Source: Deltaproteobacteria bacterium (GTDB lineage Bacteria > Myxococcota_A > Polyangia > HGW-17). From it: a stretch of 50,281 nt of DNA. A program made the position numbers and the translations under genes. The stretch spans positions 1 to 50,281 of the forward strand of contig JAQICJ010000302.1 of NCBI GenBank assembly GCA_027858615.1. The letters are read 5' to 3'. Below are positions 9,996-19,072 of the stretch, piece after piece. A model generated the notes under the pieces. That model searched no databases. It saw only the letters and a program-made list of their open reading frames with translations, and was not told the origin of the DNA. Each line of letters opens with the position of its first letter. Positions within the stretch are counted from its first letter, which is position 1.

Positions 9996-10017
9996 CTCCC
10001 TTTTAAAACGGGAACTA
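9996..10017. repeat. Solo right-end fragment of the same repeat family (CTCCCTTTTAAAACGGGAACTA)
   Basis: ACGGGAACTA (10008-10017) is the exact reverse complement of TAGTTCCCGT at 9431-9440. The preceding CCCTTTT resembles the sub-terminal CCTTCCTTTTT of the full copies. Confidence 0.55.
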
Positions 10018-10074
10018 TCTCAAAATTTTGGAATTTTGAAACCAGAATAATCAATTTGCAAGTAAAGGTGAATC

Positions 10075-10638
10075 ATGGCCCAAAGTTCTGATCTCAGAAA
10101 AAATTTAAAAATCCTTATCGATGACGATCCCTATGTTGTTTTCGAAGTTAACTTTGTAAAACCGGGAAAGGGAACTGCCTTCTACAAATGTCGAATTCGC
10201 AATCTTATCACTGGGGCTGTTCTTGACAAGACCTGGAGATCAAGTGACAAGATCGATCTGGCTGATACTGAAGTGAGAGAACTTGAATATATTTATCAGG
10301 ATGATCTGCATTATGTTTTCATGGATACCGAAACCTATGAACAAACAAGAATCAGCGGAGATCTTCTTGACGAAGACAAATACTACCTCACCGACAACCT
10401 CAGGGTTGAAGTTCTCTTTTTCAACGACAAGCCCGTAGGAATTGAATTGCCTTATTTTGTCGAACTGCAGGTAACCAAATGTGAACCAGGATTCAAAGGC
10501 GATACCGCTCAGGGAGCTACCAAACCTGCAACTGTAAGCACTGGACTCGAAGTTGACGTTCCCCTCTTTGTAGAAGAAGGCGAATGGCTCAAAGTCGACA
10601 CCAGAACCGGTGAATATGTAGAAAGAATCCAAAAATAA
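10075..10638 (+). CDS. efp: Elongation factor P
   Basis: 187 aa. VKPGKGTAF loop with the modifiable Lys (K32 here, equivalent to E. coli K34); C-terminal GDTAQGATKPATVSTGLEVDVPLFV...GEYVERI. Confidence 0.97.
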   Translation: MAQSSDLRKNLKILIDDDPYVVFEVNFVKPGKGTAFYKCRIRNLITGAVLDKTWRSSDKIDLADTEVRELEYIYQDDLHYVFMDTETYEQTRISGDLLDEDKYYLTDNLRVEVLFFNDKPVGIELPYFVELQVTKCEPGFKGDTAQGATKPATVSTGLEVDVPLFVEEGEWLKVDTRTGEYVERIQK

Positions 10639-10639
10639 A

Positions 10640-11812
10640 ATGAAGCCTGTTCTGGCCAGGATTATTTCTGCTGCTCCTCCACAGGCGCAAAATCATATCC
10701 AAACTTACCAACTTCAAACCATTCCTTCCTCAAAATACAAAACAGGAGACTGGGTTTATCTTGACCAAATACCCGGAAGCAACAACTACCGCATAAATGG
10801 TATGGCTCAACCCACCCAAAGCCAGTTTCCCTCCTTTGAATGGAAGCGACTGCACCAGCAACTTGATAACGGTTTGAACCGCATTGAAATTTTGAAACTC
10901 CGCAGCCGGATCCTGCATCAGATCAGAGAATTCTTTCGCACAAAGGGACATCTGGAAGTGGAAACTCCTCTGCTGGTTCCTTCACCGGGGGTGGAAACTC
11001 ACCTCAAGGCCATAAAAACTGACCATTACTTCCTATCCCCTTCTCCGGAATTTCAGATGAAAAGGCTGCTTGCCGGAGGTATCGGCTCCATCTATCAAAT
11101 TGCCCATTCTTTCCGGGCAGGTGAAACAGGGAACAGGCACAATCCCGAATTTACCATGCTGGAGTGGTATTCAACAGGGATTAACGGGGAAGAACTGCGC
11201 CGGGAAACTGAAGAGTTGATTTCCTTTTTACAATCCAATCTCGAACTACCCTGTCCCCTGCCTGAACCTCCTTATCGCAGAATCACGATGGCGCAAGCTT
11301 TTGCTGAACATGCTGGAGTAACAGATCTACGAGCCAGTCCCAGACAGATGTATAAACAGGCCGGCATCCTGGAAAAATACCAGCAAAAAATAACTTGGGA
11401 AGAAGGTTTTTTTGAAATCTTCATAGAAAAAGTAGAGCCGGTTTTAACAAAAGAGGGACCAGTTTTCCTTACCCAGTGGCCCATTGAATTTGCCTCCCTG
11501 TCCAAACCTCTGGACTCAAATCCCAAAGTTGCCGACCGCTTTGAGTTTTTTGCTGAAAATCTGGAAATAGCCAATGGTTTTGCCGAACTGATCGAACCAG
11601 ATATTCAGCGCCAGCGTTGTCTGGAAGATTTGGAATATCGCAGAAAACACAAACTTGAACTCTACCCCCTTGACGAAAAATTTCTGAATTCACTCAAGGA
11701 AGCAATGCCTCCCACCAGCGGCATTGCTTTGGGTCTGGATCGTCTGATCATGCTTTTTGCCGGAACCAGCAAAATAGAAAACGCTCTTACCTTTTCCCAC
11801 TTCGAACTTTAA
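10640..11812 (+). CDS. epmA: EF-P lysine aminoacylase (EpmA/GenX/PoxA, LysRS class II catalytic-domain paralog) with N-terminal extension of about 65 aa
   Basis: LEVETPLL, SPEFQMKRLLAGG, HNPEFTMLEWY, FELANGF-like EIANGFAEL and GIALGLDRLIM closely parallel E. coli EpmA. It starts 1 nt after the efp stop. Confidence 0.85.
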   Translation: MKPVLARIISAAPPQAQNHIQTYQLQTIPSSKYKTGDWVYLDQIPGSNNYRINGMAQPTQSQFPSFEWKRLHQQLDNGLNRIEILKLRSRILHQIREFFRTKGHLEVETPLLVPSPGVETHLKAIKTDHYFLSPSPEFQMKRLLAGGIGSIYQIAHSFRAGETGNRHNPEFTMLEWYSTGINGEELRRETEELISFLQSNLELPCPLPEPPYRRITMAQAFAEHAGVTDLRASPRQMYKQAGILEKYQQKITWEEGFFEIFIEKVEPVLTKEGPVFLTQWPIEFASLSKPLDSNPKVADRFEFFAENLEIANGFAELIEPDIQRQRCLEDLEYRRKHKLELYPLDEKFLNSLKEAMPPTSGIALGLDRLIMLFAGTSKIENALTFSHFEL

Positions 11813-11845
11813 AATTCAGATTTGAACTCCTCTGCAAATTAGAGA

Positions 11846-12967
11846 TCAGGGCAAAATTACATTGAGATGATTGCCATCTATTTTGAGTTTTCCAATATTT
11901 TTGAATGTTCTGGAATATCTTCTGACTTTGCGATTAATTATCCTGCTCCATTTTTTACCGGCAGGACGGGGCAGTTTTCCATATTTTTTATCTTTTGCCG
12001 AAGGACCGTTCAAAACAACGGGAATGAATTTTATCTTTTCCATTCGTTTGAGCTTGCCCTTTTTTACAAATCTGAGGGTGGCTATCCCCGAATATTTCCT
12101 GGACTTCCAGGTATTATCAAATAAAAAATTTCCCAGAGACCAGAAAGCAATCATTTTACCTTTTATCTGAATCCCTCGCAAAACATGAGGATGAGAACCT
12201 ATAAGCAGATCAAGGCCGGCTTTGGCCAGTAAATCCATTAAATTTTTTTCAAATCTGAAAGCAGTATTTTTGTACTCTTCTCCGAAGTGAAGCATGAGAA
12301 CTGCAAAATCAACCTGCTTTTTCAACTTGGTAATCACCGGAGGCAGATATTTATAATTCCCTCGAAAGGGTGAATAAGCATAAAAAGCACCCTTTTTTGG
12401 AGGAGGAAAGTTATAGAGGGTGGTTACAGAAATTATTCCGACTTTAATACCATTTTTATTGATAATATGTGGTTTCCAGGCCTTTTCGAGAATTTTCCCC
12501 GATCCTGTCACTCCCAGACCGGATTTTTCAAGAATTGAAATGGTCTCCAGCAATCCTTTTTTTCCCTGATCAAAGGTATGATTATTTGCTGTTCCCAGAA
12601 TTGTAAAACCAGCTTTTTTAAGAATTTCAGCTCCCCGGGGACGCCCCCAGAAAGTGAGCATGTGATTACGGGCATATCTTGCTTCATCTGGACTGCATTT
12701 TTTGTATTTGCATTGACGAGGTTTGCGGCGATTGCGGTATCTTTTAAGACTAAAAGGAGTTTCCAGATTTCCTGCGACTATATCTTTGTCCTGGAAGTAT
12801 TTTTTTACATAACGGAAAGGATGATCCAAACCAAATTTTTTGCCGGATCTTCCGAAGAAGATGTCTCCCACAGCTGCAAAATCAAGTATTTTTGTTGCAT
12901 CTGTCAGGGAAGAATTTTTACCGATGGGAACAATTGACAGGAAAAAAGCAAGATAGACATTAAACAT
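11846..12967 (-). CDS. CapA-family (poly-gamma-glutamate synthesis/metallophosphoesterase-like) exported protein
   Basis: VAGNLETPFS, GTANNHTFDQG, LMLHFGEEY and GSHPHVLRG are CapA/PgsA-type motifs. The ORF track extends to 13231, but that extension overlaps glmM. ATG at 12967 (MFNVYLAFFLSIVPIG, signal-like) is the more plausible start. Confidence 0.7.
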   Translation of the reverse strand: MFNVYLAFFLSIVPIGKNSSLTDATKILDFAAVGDIFFGRSGKKFGLDHPFRYVKKYFQDKDIVAGNLETPFSLKRYRNRRKPRQCKYKKCSPDEARYARNHMLTFWGRPRGAEILKKAGFTILGTANNHTFDQGKKGLLETISILEKSGLGVTGSGKILEKAWKPHIINKNGIKVGIISVTTLYNFPPPKKGAFYAYSPFRGNYKYLPPVITKLKKQVDFAVLMLHFGEEYKNTAFRFEKNLMDLLAKAGLDLLIGSHPHVLRGIQIKGKMIAFWSLGNFLFDNTWKSRKYSGIATLRFVKKGKLKRMEKIKFIPVVLNGPSAKDKKYGKLPRPAGKKWSRIINRKVRRYSRTFKNIGKLKIDGNHLNVILP

Positions 12968-13187
12968 AATTTGTGTATTCTGAAGTAAAAATTTTGCGGC
13001 GGTTGATGCCGGTATTATATGTTCGAAACCAATAATTAATAAAACAACCTGTGAGTATTGCCCGGTATTATACAGGAATTCAAAACAAATATTCAACAAT
13101 AAATCCCGGGATGACATCAACTTGTTCTGCATTGAGGGTTTGACGAATACAAAAACTTTGTAATCTTGGATTATCATGGAGATTAAA

Positions 13188-14540
13188 ATGAAAAAATTAT
13201 TTGGTACAGATGGTGTCAGAGGTATCGCCAATCAGGAACCAATGACCCCTGAGATAGCATTGAGATTGGGACAAGCCGCTGGTCATATTTTCTCTGAAAA
13301 AGGCAGAAGCGGACGTTTTTTAATTGGCAAGGACACCCGACTTTCCTGCTACATGTTTGAAAATGCCATAGCTGCCGGCATAATGTCCACAGGAGGTGAT
13401 GTCTATTTTGTTGGTCCCATGCCGACTCCAGCTATTGCTCATCTTACTACTTCCATGAGAGCTGACGCCGGTATTGTCATCAGCGCTTCCCATAATCCCT
13501 ATGATCACAATGGAATCAAATTTTTTTCCTCCAAAGGATACAAACTCCCTGACAAAACAGAAAAACTCATAGAAAAATTTGTTTTTTCAAATGATTTCCA
13601 GCAAAATCTTGTAACCCAAAAAGATATAGGTCGTTCACGACGTATCGACGATGCTTCGGGGCGCTATATCACTTTCTGCAAAAACAGTTTTCCCGAAGAA
13701 ATGAGTATGGACGGACTGCGTCTGGTTGTAGACTGTGCCCATGGAGCAGCATACAAAGTCGCACCCCTTATCTTTGAAGAACTGGGAGCCGAAGTAATTC
13801 CAGTGGGGGTCAAACCAAACGGAATCAATATTAACGACTATTCAGGAGCTTTATATCCTCAAAAGACCGCCAAACTTGTCACCAAATACAGGGCAGATCT
13901 GGGAATTGCCCTGGACGGTGATGCAGACCGTGCCATCCTGATAGATGAAAAAGGTAAAATAGTTCACGGTGATGCAATCCTGGCCTTGATTGCTTCAAGA
14001 ATGCTCAAAAACAATTCTTTAGCTCACAAAACCCTGGTTACAACGGTAATGAGCAATCTGGGACTTGATTATGCTCTGAAAAATATTGGGGGAAAAGTTG
14101 TCAGAACCGCTGTTGGAGATCGTAATGTCTTCCAGAAAATGCAGGAAAATGGATATAATCTGGGAGGAGAACAATCAGGGCACATAATTCTGCGTGATCA
14201 TGCCACTACAGGAGATGGAATCATTGCTTCCCTGCAGGTTCTTTCCATAATTCTCGGTGAGCGCAAACCTCTAAGTGAATTGAAAAACTTGATCGATTAC
14301 ATGCCTCAAGTACTAAAAAATCTCAAAGTAAGTGAAAAACCTCCCCTTGCTTCAATCGAAGGATACAACAAACTCTTTGAAAAACTTTCCAAAAAACTGG
14401 GTGATCAGGGCAGAGTTTTTATCCGCTATTCCGGAACAGAACACAAAGTCAGAGTTCTGGTGGAATGCAACGATAAAAACCAGGCGGAAGAAATTGCCGA
14501 TACCATGATCCATTTTTTCAAAAGAAAAATTGGAGCTTGA
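13188..14540 (+). CDS. glmM: Phosphoglucosamine mutase
   Basis: KLFGTDGVRG, active-site SASHNP, DGDADR and GGEQSGH. The ORF-track start is 13176; ATG at 13188 has GGAG 6 nt upstream. Confidence 0.95.
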   Translation: MKKLFGTDGVRGIANQEPMTPEIALRLGQAAGHIFSEKGRSGRFLIGKDTRLSCYMFENAIAAGIMSTGGDVYFVGPMPTPAIAHLTTSMRADAGIVISASHNPYDHNGIKFFSSKGYKLPDKTEKLIEKFVFSNDFQQNLVTQKDIGRSRRIDDASGRYITFCKNSFPEEMSMDGLRLVVDCAHGAAYKVAPLIFEELGAEVIPVGVKPNGININDYSGALYPQKTAKLVTKYRADLGIALDGDADRAILIDEKGKIVHGDAILALIASRMLKNNSLAHKTLVTTVMSNLGLDYALKNIGGKVVRTAVGDRNVFQKMQENGYNLGGEQSGHIILRDHATTGDGIIASLQVLSIILGERKPLSELKNLIDYMPQVLKNLKVSEKPPLASIEGYNKLFEKLSKKLGDQGRVFIRYSGTEHKVRVLVECNDKNQAEEIADTMIHFFKRKIGA

Positions 14541-14615
14541 AACATCTGGGTCAAACCGGCAACCTGTACTTTGCCCAAGACCTGCAATGGGTCCAACCCT
14601 AAGGAGAATAATAAA

Positions 14616-15344
14616 ATGAATAAAATAAGACTTCACGTCAATGTTGATCATATTGCAACCCTGAGACAGCAAAGAGGAACCAGATATCCGGATCCGGTAA
14701 CTGCTGCAGCTCTCTGTGAGCTGGCTGGAGCCGACGGTATTACTATTCATCTCCGTGAAGATCGTCGCCATATTCAAGATCGTGATCTCCGTCTTATTCG
14801 TCAGACTGTTCAGACTGTTCTCAACCTGGAAATGGCCGCCACCACAGAAATGGTTGAGATAGCCTGCAAGGTCAAACCTGATTTTGTCACCCTTGTTCCT
14901 GAAAAACGTGAAGAAAAAACAACTGAAGGCGGACTGGCTCTGGACAATCCCGATACTTACGCCAATATCAAGCATGCTGTGGTCAAATTGCAGAAAGCAG
15001 ATATTCCGGTATCTTTATTCATTGATCCAGAACCCAGGATTGTTGAACTTTCAAAAGAATTGAAGGCACAGATAATTGAACTCCACACAGGAGATTATAC
15101 CCTGGCTGAAAATGAAGAAGATAAAGAAAATGAACTTGATCGTCTTTTTGAAGCAGCTGAAAAAGTAAGACAATTGGATTTGAAACTCGCTGCTGGCCAC
15201 GGCCTTGATTACACCAATGTTCAAGGCATTTTGGATCTTCCTGAATTGCAGGAATTAAACATAGGACATTCAATCATCTCACGAGCAGCCCTGACCGGTC
15301 TGGAAAATGCAGTAAAAGACATGATCATCCTCCTTGAATCATAA
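14616..15344 (+). CDS. pdxJ: Pyridoxine 5'-phosphate synthase
   Basis: LHVNVDHIATLRQQRG, ITIHLREDRRHIQDRD, ELHTGDY and GHGL. The ORF-track start 14571 is probably too early; ATG at 14616 follows AAGGAG. Confidence 0.95.
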   Translation: MNKIRLHVNVDHIATLRQQRGTRYPDPVTAAALCELAGADGITIHLREDRRHIQDRDLRLIRQTVQTVLNLEMAATTEMVEIACKVKPDFVTLVPEKREEKTTEGGLALDNPDTYANIKHAVVKLQKADIPVSLFIDPEPRIVELSKELKAQIIELHTGDYTLAENEEDKENELDRLFEAAEKVRQLDLKLAAGHGLDYTNVQGILDLPELQELNIGHSIISRAALTGLENAVKDMIILLES

Positions 15345-15353
15345 TCTTTCCTC

Positions 15354-15394
15354 GTTCCGGCTAAACCGAAAACCGGAACAAAATCTTTTTTTTA
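15354..15394 (+). terminator. Rho-independent terminator after pdxJ
   Basis: GTTCCGG (15354-15360) and CCGGAAC (15373-15379) form a stem, followed by AAAATCTTTTTTTT. Confidence 0.55.
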
Positions 15395-15481
15395 TTTCCA
15401 TAATTCAAGCAGAGGGTTGTATTTTTTTCTTTGCTTTTTTTCTTTGTCTTAATTAAATTTTATTCTTATGGAGGCAAAAAA

Positions 15482-17047
15482 ATGAGACTTGTAACATCTG
15501 GTGAAATGAAAAAGCTCGATCTGTTTACCATAAACAAGGTTGGAGTTCCTGATTCAGCTTTAATGGAACTAGCCGGTTTTGGTGTAGTTCAGAAAATCAT
15601 GGCAAAATGGGAAGTTGAATCCTCCAATTTTCTTATAATTTGTGGCAAAGGAAATAATGGCGGTGATGGTTATGTAGTCGCCCGCCATCTTTTCAACAAG
15701 GGACTTGAAGTCAGTATTCTCTCCCTGGGACCGGAAAAATTGGGAAAAAGCAGCAGAATCAACTATGAAGCGGCGGTAAATTTGGATATTCCCATTTATG
15801 AAGTTACTTCCACCGCAGATCTGATGAATTTTGAAAATATCATCCAGAATTCCGATTTCATTATCGATGCCGTTTTTGGTACAGGCCTCGATCGACCCAT
15901 TACAGGCATTGCCCGAGAAATAATTTCCGCGGTCAATGCCACTGACTGCATCAAAATTGCGGTGGACATACCTTCGGGAATAAGTGCAGATCACGGCTGT
16001 GTTCTTGGAGAACACGCCATCAAGGCTGATCTTACCGTCACTTTTGCTTTTCCCAAAATTGGTCAGTTTTCTTCACCTGGTTTTGCCTATTGCGGTGAAA
16101 TAGAAGTGGTTGACATCGGAGTAGTTGACCATCAGGAAACCAATTCCAGACGATGTTTTTTATTGACTGATAACTGGGTACGTTCCAATCTTCCCTACAG
16201 ACCAGCCTACGGTCACAAGGGAACTTTCGGCCATACTCTGATTATAGCCGGTTCCCTTGGAAAATCAGGAGCTGCAATCATGGCTTCAGAATCTGCTGTC
16301 AGTGCCGGTGCCGGTCTGGTTTCTGTTCTTGCTCCCCATAATATTATTCCCACCCTGATGGGAAGACTTACTGAAGTAATGGGATGTGGTTACGGAACTG
16401 AAAAGGGCTCTATCAAGAGTGATGATTATGATCAAATTATAACTGAAATGGCTGGCAAAAGGGTTGTAGCAATAGGTCCGGGTATACCCAACAATGAAAT
16501 AATGCAGGAAATCCTGTACAAAATCATAGAAAACTCGGATATACCAATGGTTCTTGATGCCGATGCACTCAATCTAGTTGCCAAAAAACCTCAAATTCTG
16601 AAAAAAACAAAAGCTCCCATCTTAATCACCCCCCATCCTGGTGAATTTGCCCGCCTGCTTGATCAACCGATTGCTCAAATTCAGAAAAGACGCATTGAAA
16701 CAGCTCTTGAATTTGCCCGCAAATATGAAGTTTTTGTCCTGCTCAAAGGCGCCAGATCCGTAATTGCCTCTCCTCAAGGAGAAATTGCTGTCAATCCCAC
16801 AGGCAACAATGGTATGGCCAGTGGTGGCACTGGAGATGTTTTGACGGGAATAACAGCTTCTTTCATTTCCCAGGGACTCGATCCTTTTACAGCTGCCGGG
16901 ATTGGGGCTTTTCTGCATGGAAGAGCCGGAGATCTTGCAGCCAGGGAAAAAGGTGAATTTGCCTTGAAAGCAACTGATTTGATCCAATATCTGCCTGCTG
17001 CTTTTTATTCCCTCAACAGTGAAAATCTGCACAATTTTACTGAATAA
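15482..17047 (+). CDS. nnr: Bifunctional NAD(P)H-hydrate repair enzyme (epimerase plus ADP-dependent dehydratase, YjeF)
   Basis: The N-domain has GKGNNGGDGYV. The C-domain has GHKGTFGH, LDADAL and GGTGDVLTG. The likely start is ATG at 15482, after GGAGG. Confidence 0.9.
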   Translation: MRLVTSGEMKKLDLFTINKVGVPDSALMELAGFGVVQKIMAKWEVESSNFLIICGKGNNGGDGYVVARHLFNKGLEVSILSLGPEKLGKSSRINYEAAVNLDIPIYEVTSTADLMNFENIIQNSDFIIDAVFGTGLDRPITGIAREIISAVNATDCIKIAVDIPSGISADHGCVLGEHAIKADLTVTFAFPKIGQFSSPGFAYCGEIEVVDIGVVDHQETNSRRCFLLTDNWVRSNLPYRPAYGHKGTFGHTLIIAGSLGKSGAAIMASESAVSAGAGLVSVLAPHNIIPTLMGRLTEVMGCGYGTEKGSIKSDDYDQIITEMAGKRVVAIGPGIPNNEIMQEILYKIIENSDIPMVLDADALNLVAKKPQILKKTKAPILITPHPGEFARLLDQPIAQIQKRRIETALEFARKYEVFVLLKGARSVIASPQGEIAVNPTGNNGMASGGTGDVLTGITASFISQGLDPFTAAGIGAFLHGRAGDLAAREKGEFALKATDLIQYLPAAFYSLNSENLHNFTE

Positions 17048-17174
17048 CCATATAACCAATACATTTCTTAGCTTATTTCCCTCTTTTATAATTGACTGGT
17101 TTAGCTGGTTTTTGGGAATTCTTCATATTTTAGAGAATTTTTTCTTGAAAGTATTCAGTGTTTAATTTAGTAAA

Positions 17175-17340
17175 TAGTTTCCATCCCAGAATGGGGTTTT
17201 TTGACTGAATGAGAAGTTTGCCTCAGATGTGCCCAGTAACTTCGCCGACATAGTTGACACTATTTCAAGAAGTTACGACAAAGCAGATGAGGTAAAATGA
17301 CCTGTTCAGGCGATAACCTTCCTTTTTGGGACGGGAACTA
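17175..17340. repeat. Hairpin repeat family, full copy 2 (166 nt; TAGTTTCCATCCCA ... TGGGACGGGAACTA)
   Basis: The terminal 14-nt arms are inverted complements (one G-T, one mismatch). The interior aligns with 9431-9594. Intergenic, between nnr and rnfA. Confidence 0.8.
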
Positions 17341-17344
17341 ACTA

Positions 17345-17378
17345 GAAACGGGAACCAAATAGTACCCGCAACAACTCA
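17345..17378. repeat. Adjacent right-end-like (AAACGGGAACC) and left-end-like (AAATAGTACCCGCAACAA) fragments of the repeat family
   Basis: Short by-eye matches to the ends of the full copies, located between the full copy and the mini copy. Confidence 0.4.
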
Positions 17379-17379
17379 C

Positions 17380-17438
17380 TAGTACCCATCTCAGAATGGG
17401 GGTTATTGGCTGACCTCCTTTTTTTGAGATGGGTACTA
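17380..17438. repeat. Mini copy of the repeat family (59 nt, perfect 14-bp inverted arms TAGTACCCATCTCA / TGAGATGGGTACTA)
   Basis: It retains the left sub-terminal GAATGGGGGTTATTGGCTGAC and the right sub-terminal CTCCTTTTTTT of the full copies but lacks the roughly 110-nt core. Confidence 0.75.
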
Positions 17439-17529
17439 ATAATACCTGGAACTCAAACAATACTTGGCTCTTGAATCTGCCTCGGTTGTCAAAACTGCTC
17501 CAGGTAACAATCTTGGGAGGAAATATTTG

Positions 17530-18108
17530 ATGGAATATCTCCTTATAGCAATTAACTCAGTTTTTATTGGCAATTTGATTCTGGCCAAATTTCTGGGAAT
17601 CTGCCCCTTCCTGGGGGTAAGCAAAAAAGTATCCACTGCCCTGGGTATGAGTATGGCGGTCATGTTCGTCATGACCCTGGCTGCCACTGTTACCTGGATT
17701 CTTTTCCATTTTCTGCTTGAACCGTTGAACCTGCAATATCTGCGCACAATAGTTTTTATTCTGGTTATTGCCTCTCTGGTTCAACTTACAGAAATGGCCA
17801 TCCAGAAAATTTCTCCGGCTCTTTACGAAGCCCTGGGGATTTACCTGCCTTTGATAACCACCAACTGTGCAATTCTTGGTGTAGCCATTAATTCAATAGA
17901 AAAGGAATATAATTTTCTGGGAATGCTGGTTTACGCATTCTTTGGCGCCGTCGGCTTTGCTCTGGCCTTACTGCTTTTTTCTGGAATCAGGGAAAGGCTG
18001 GATATATCATCAGTACCAAAATCATTCAGAGGAGCCGCTTCCTCGTTGATAGTCGCAGGAATTTTGTCCCTTGCTTTCATGGGATTTGCAGGATTAGTAC
18101 CGGGATAA
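17530..18108 (+). CDS. rnfA: Rnf complex subunit A
   Basis: MEYLLIAINSVFIGNLILAKFLGICPFLGVS is typical RnfA/NqrE. GGGAGG lies upstream of ATG at 17530 (the track start 17464 is likely too early). Confidence 0.9.
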   Translation: MEYLLIAINSVFIGNLILAKFLGICPFLGVSKKVSTALGMSMAVMFVMTLAATVTWILFHFLLEPLNLQYLRTIVFILVIASLVQLTEMAIQKISPALYEALGIYLPLITTNCAILGVAINSIEKEYNFLGMLVYAFFGAVGFALALLLFSGIRERLDISSVPKSFRGAASSLIVAGILSLAFMGFAGLVPG

Positions 18109-18112
18109 CAAT

Positions 18113-19072
18113 ATGAATGAAATAATAATAGCTGTAGTCGTACTTGCTGGCATAGGTCTGGTTGCGGGAATTTTACTTTCCTACTTTTCCAAGGTATTTC
18201 ATGTTGAGCAGGATCCCCGCATCGAAGAAATCAATGAAAATATCCTTCCCGGAGCCAATTGTGGAGCTTGTGGATATGCAGGCTGTAGAGATTTTGCCAA
18301 AGCAGTCATTGAAGCTGCCAAAAATGGTGAAGATCTGCCTGAATGTCCTCCCGGTGGGCCTGAAGTAGCACAGGAACTGGCTTCTTTTCTTGGTCTTGAA
18401 CATGGGGGTTCAGAAAGAAAAACAGCTCTGGTCAAATGTGCAGGAACCAGTGAGCGAGCAAATGAAAGAGCTCAAATTCGCAGTGTACAAGACTGTCGCA
18501 CTGCTGCACTTTATGGTGGGAACAAGGAATGCCAGTATGGTTGCATGGGTTATGGAGATTGTGTCAAAGCCTGCCCTTATGATGCTATCAAAATCTACCA
18601 GGGCAATATTGCCATTGTTGATCCTGAAAAATGCACCGGTTGTGGCATCTGTATTGATATCTGCCCTAACAACGTTATTGAACTTGTCCCATCCAGTCGC
18701 CAGACTCATGTTCTATGCAACTCTCAAGCACCAACCAAAGCCACCAGATCTGCTTGCAGCGTAGGATGCATTGGTTGCAAACTATGTCAGCGCAAAGATA
18801 AAGACTTCTCCATTGAAAACAATTTGGCAGTCTACAACGCTAAAAAAGGTAAAGAAGAAGCTGCTTTTTCCTGTCCCAACAACGTAATTGTCAACACCTG
18901 GCAATTTTCTGTGGCTGCTTTTGTCGAAAGTACAACAGCTCGAGAACAATTTGCTGCCCGCAAAACTGAATACAAAAAACTGGAAAAAGAAAAAAGAAAA
19001 AAAGCTGCTGCTGCCCGCAAAGCAAAAAAAGCCAAAGCCGCCCCAAAAAAGAAGGAGGATAAAAGTGAGTAA
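18113..19072 (+). CDS. rnfB: Rnf complex subunit B (polyferredoxin) with Lys/Ala-rich C-terminal tail
   Basis: N-terminal TM; CGACGYAGCRDFA cluster domain; several CxxCxxCxxxCP motifs (CTGCGICIDICP); tail KKLEKEKRKKAAAARKAKKAKAAPKKKEDKSE. Confidence 0.9.
   Translation: MNEIIIAVVVLAGIGLVAGILLSYFSKVFHVEQDPRIEEINENILPGANCGACGYAGCRDFAKAVIEAAKNGEDLPECPPGGPEVAQELASFLGLEHGGSERKTALVKCAGTSERANERAQIRSVQDCRTAALYGGNKECQYGCMGYGDCVKACPYDAIKIYQGNIAIVDPEKCTGCGICIDICPNNVIELVPSSRQTHVLCNSQAPTKATRSACSVGCIGCKLCQRKDKDFSIENNLAVYNAKKGKEEAAFSCPNNVIVNTWQFSVAAFVESTTAREQFAARKTEYKKLEKEKRKKAAAARKAKKAKAAPKKKEDKSE

Noticed and set aside
12968-13231. N-terminal 88 codons of the track ORF 11846..13231
   Set aside because: The extension overlaps the glmM start on the opposite strand and lacks CapA similarity. 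The internal ATG at 12967 gives a signal-peptide-like N-terminus.
14352-14975. 207-aa minus-strand ORF
   Set aside because: It is antisense to the glmM 3' end and to pdxJ, both of which are confidently identified.
17465-17480. Sigma54-like TGGCTC-N-CTGC upstream of rnfA
   Set aside because: The GG-to-GC spacing is one nucleotide longer than the strict -24/-12 spacing, and the -12 element reads CTGC rather than TTGC.
18888-19064. Upstream extension of the rnfC ORF, which would give a Lys-rich N-terminus overlapping rnfB
   Set aside because: It stays open only because the rnfB tail DNA is A-rich. GTG at 19065 with AAGGAGG upstream gives a canonical RnfC N-terminus (SKAKTFKGGIHP).
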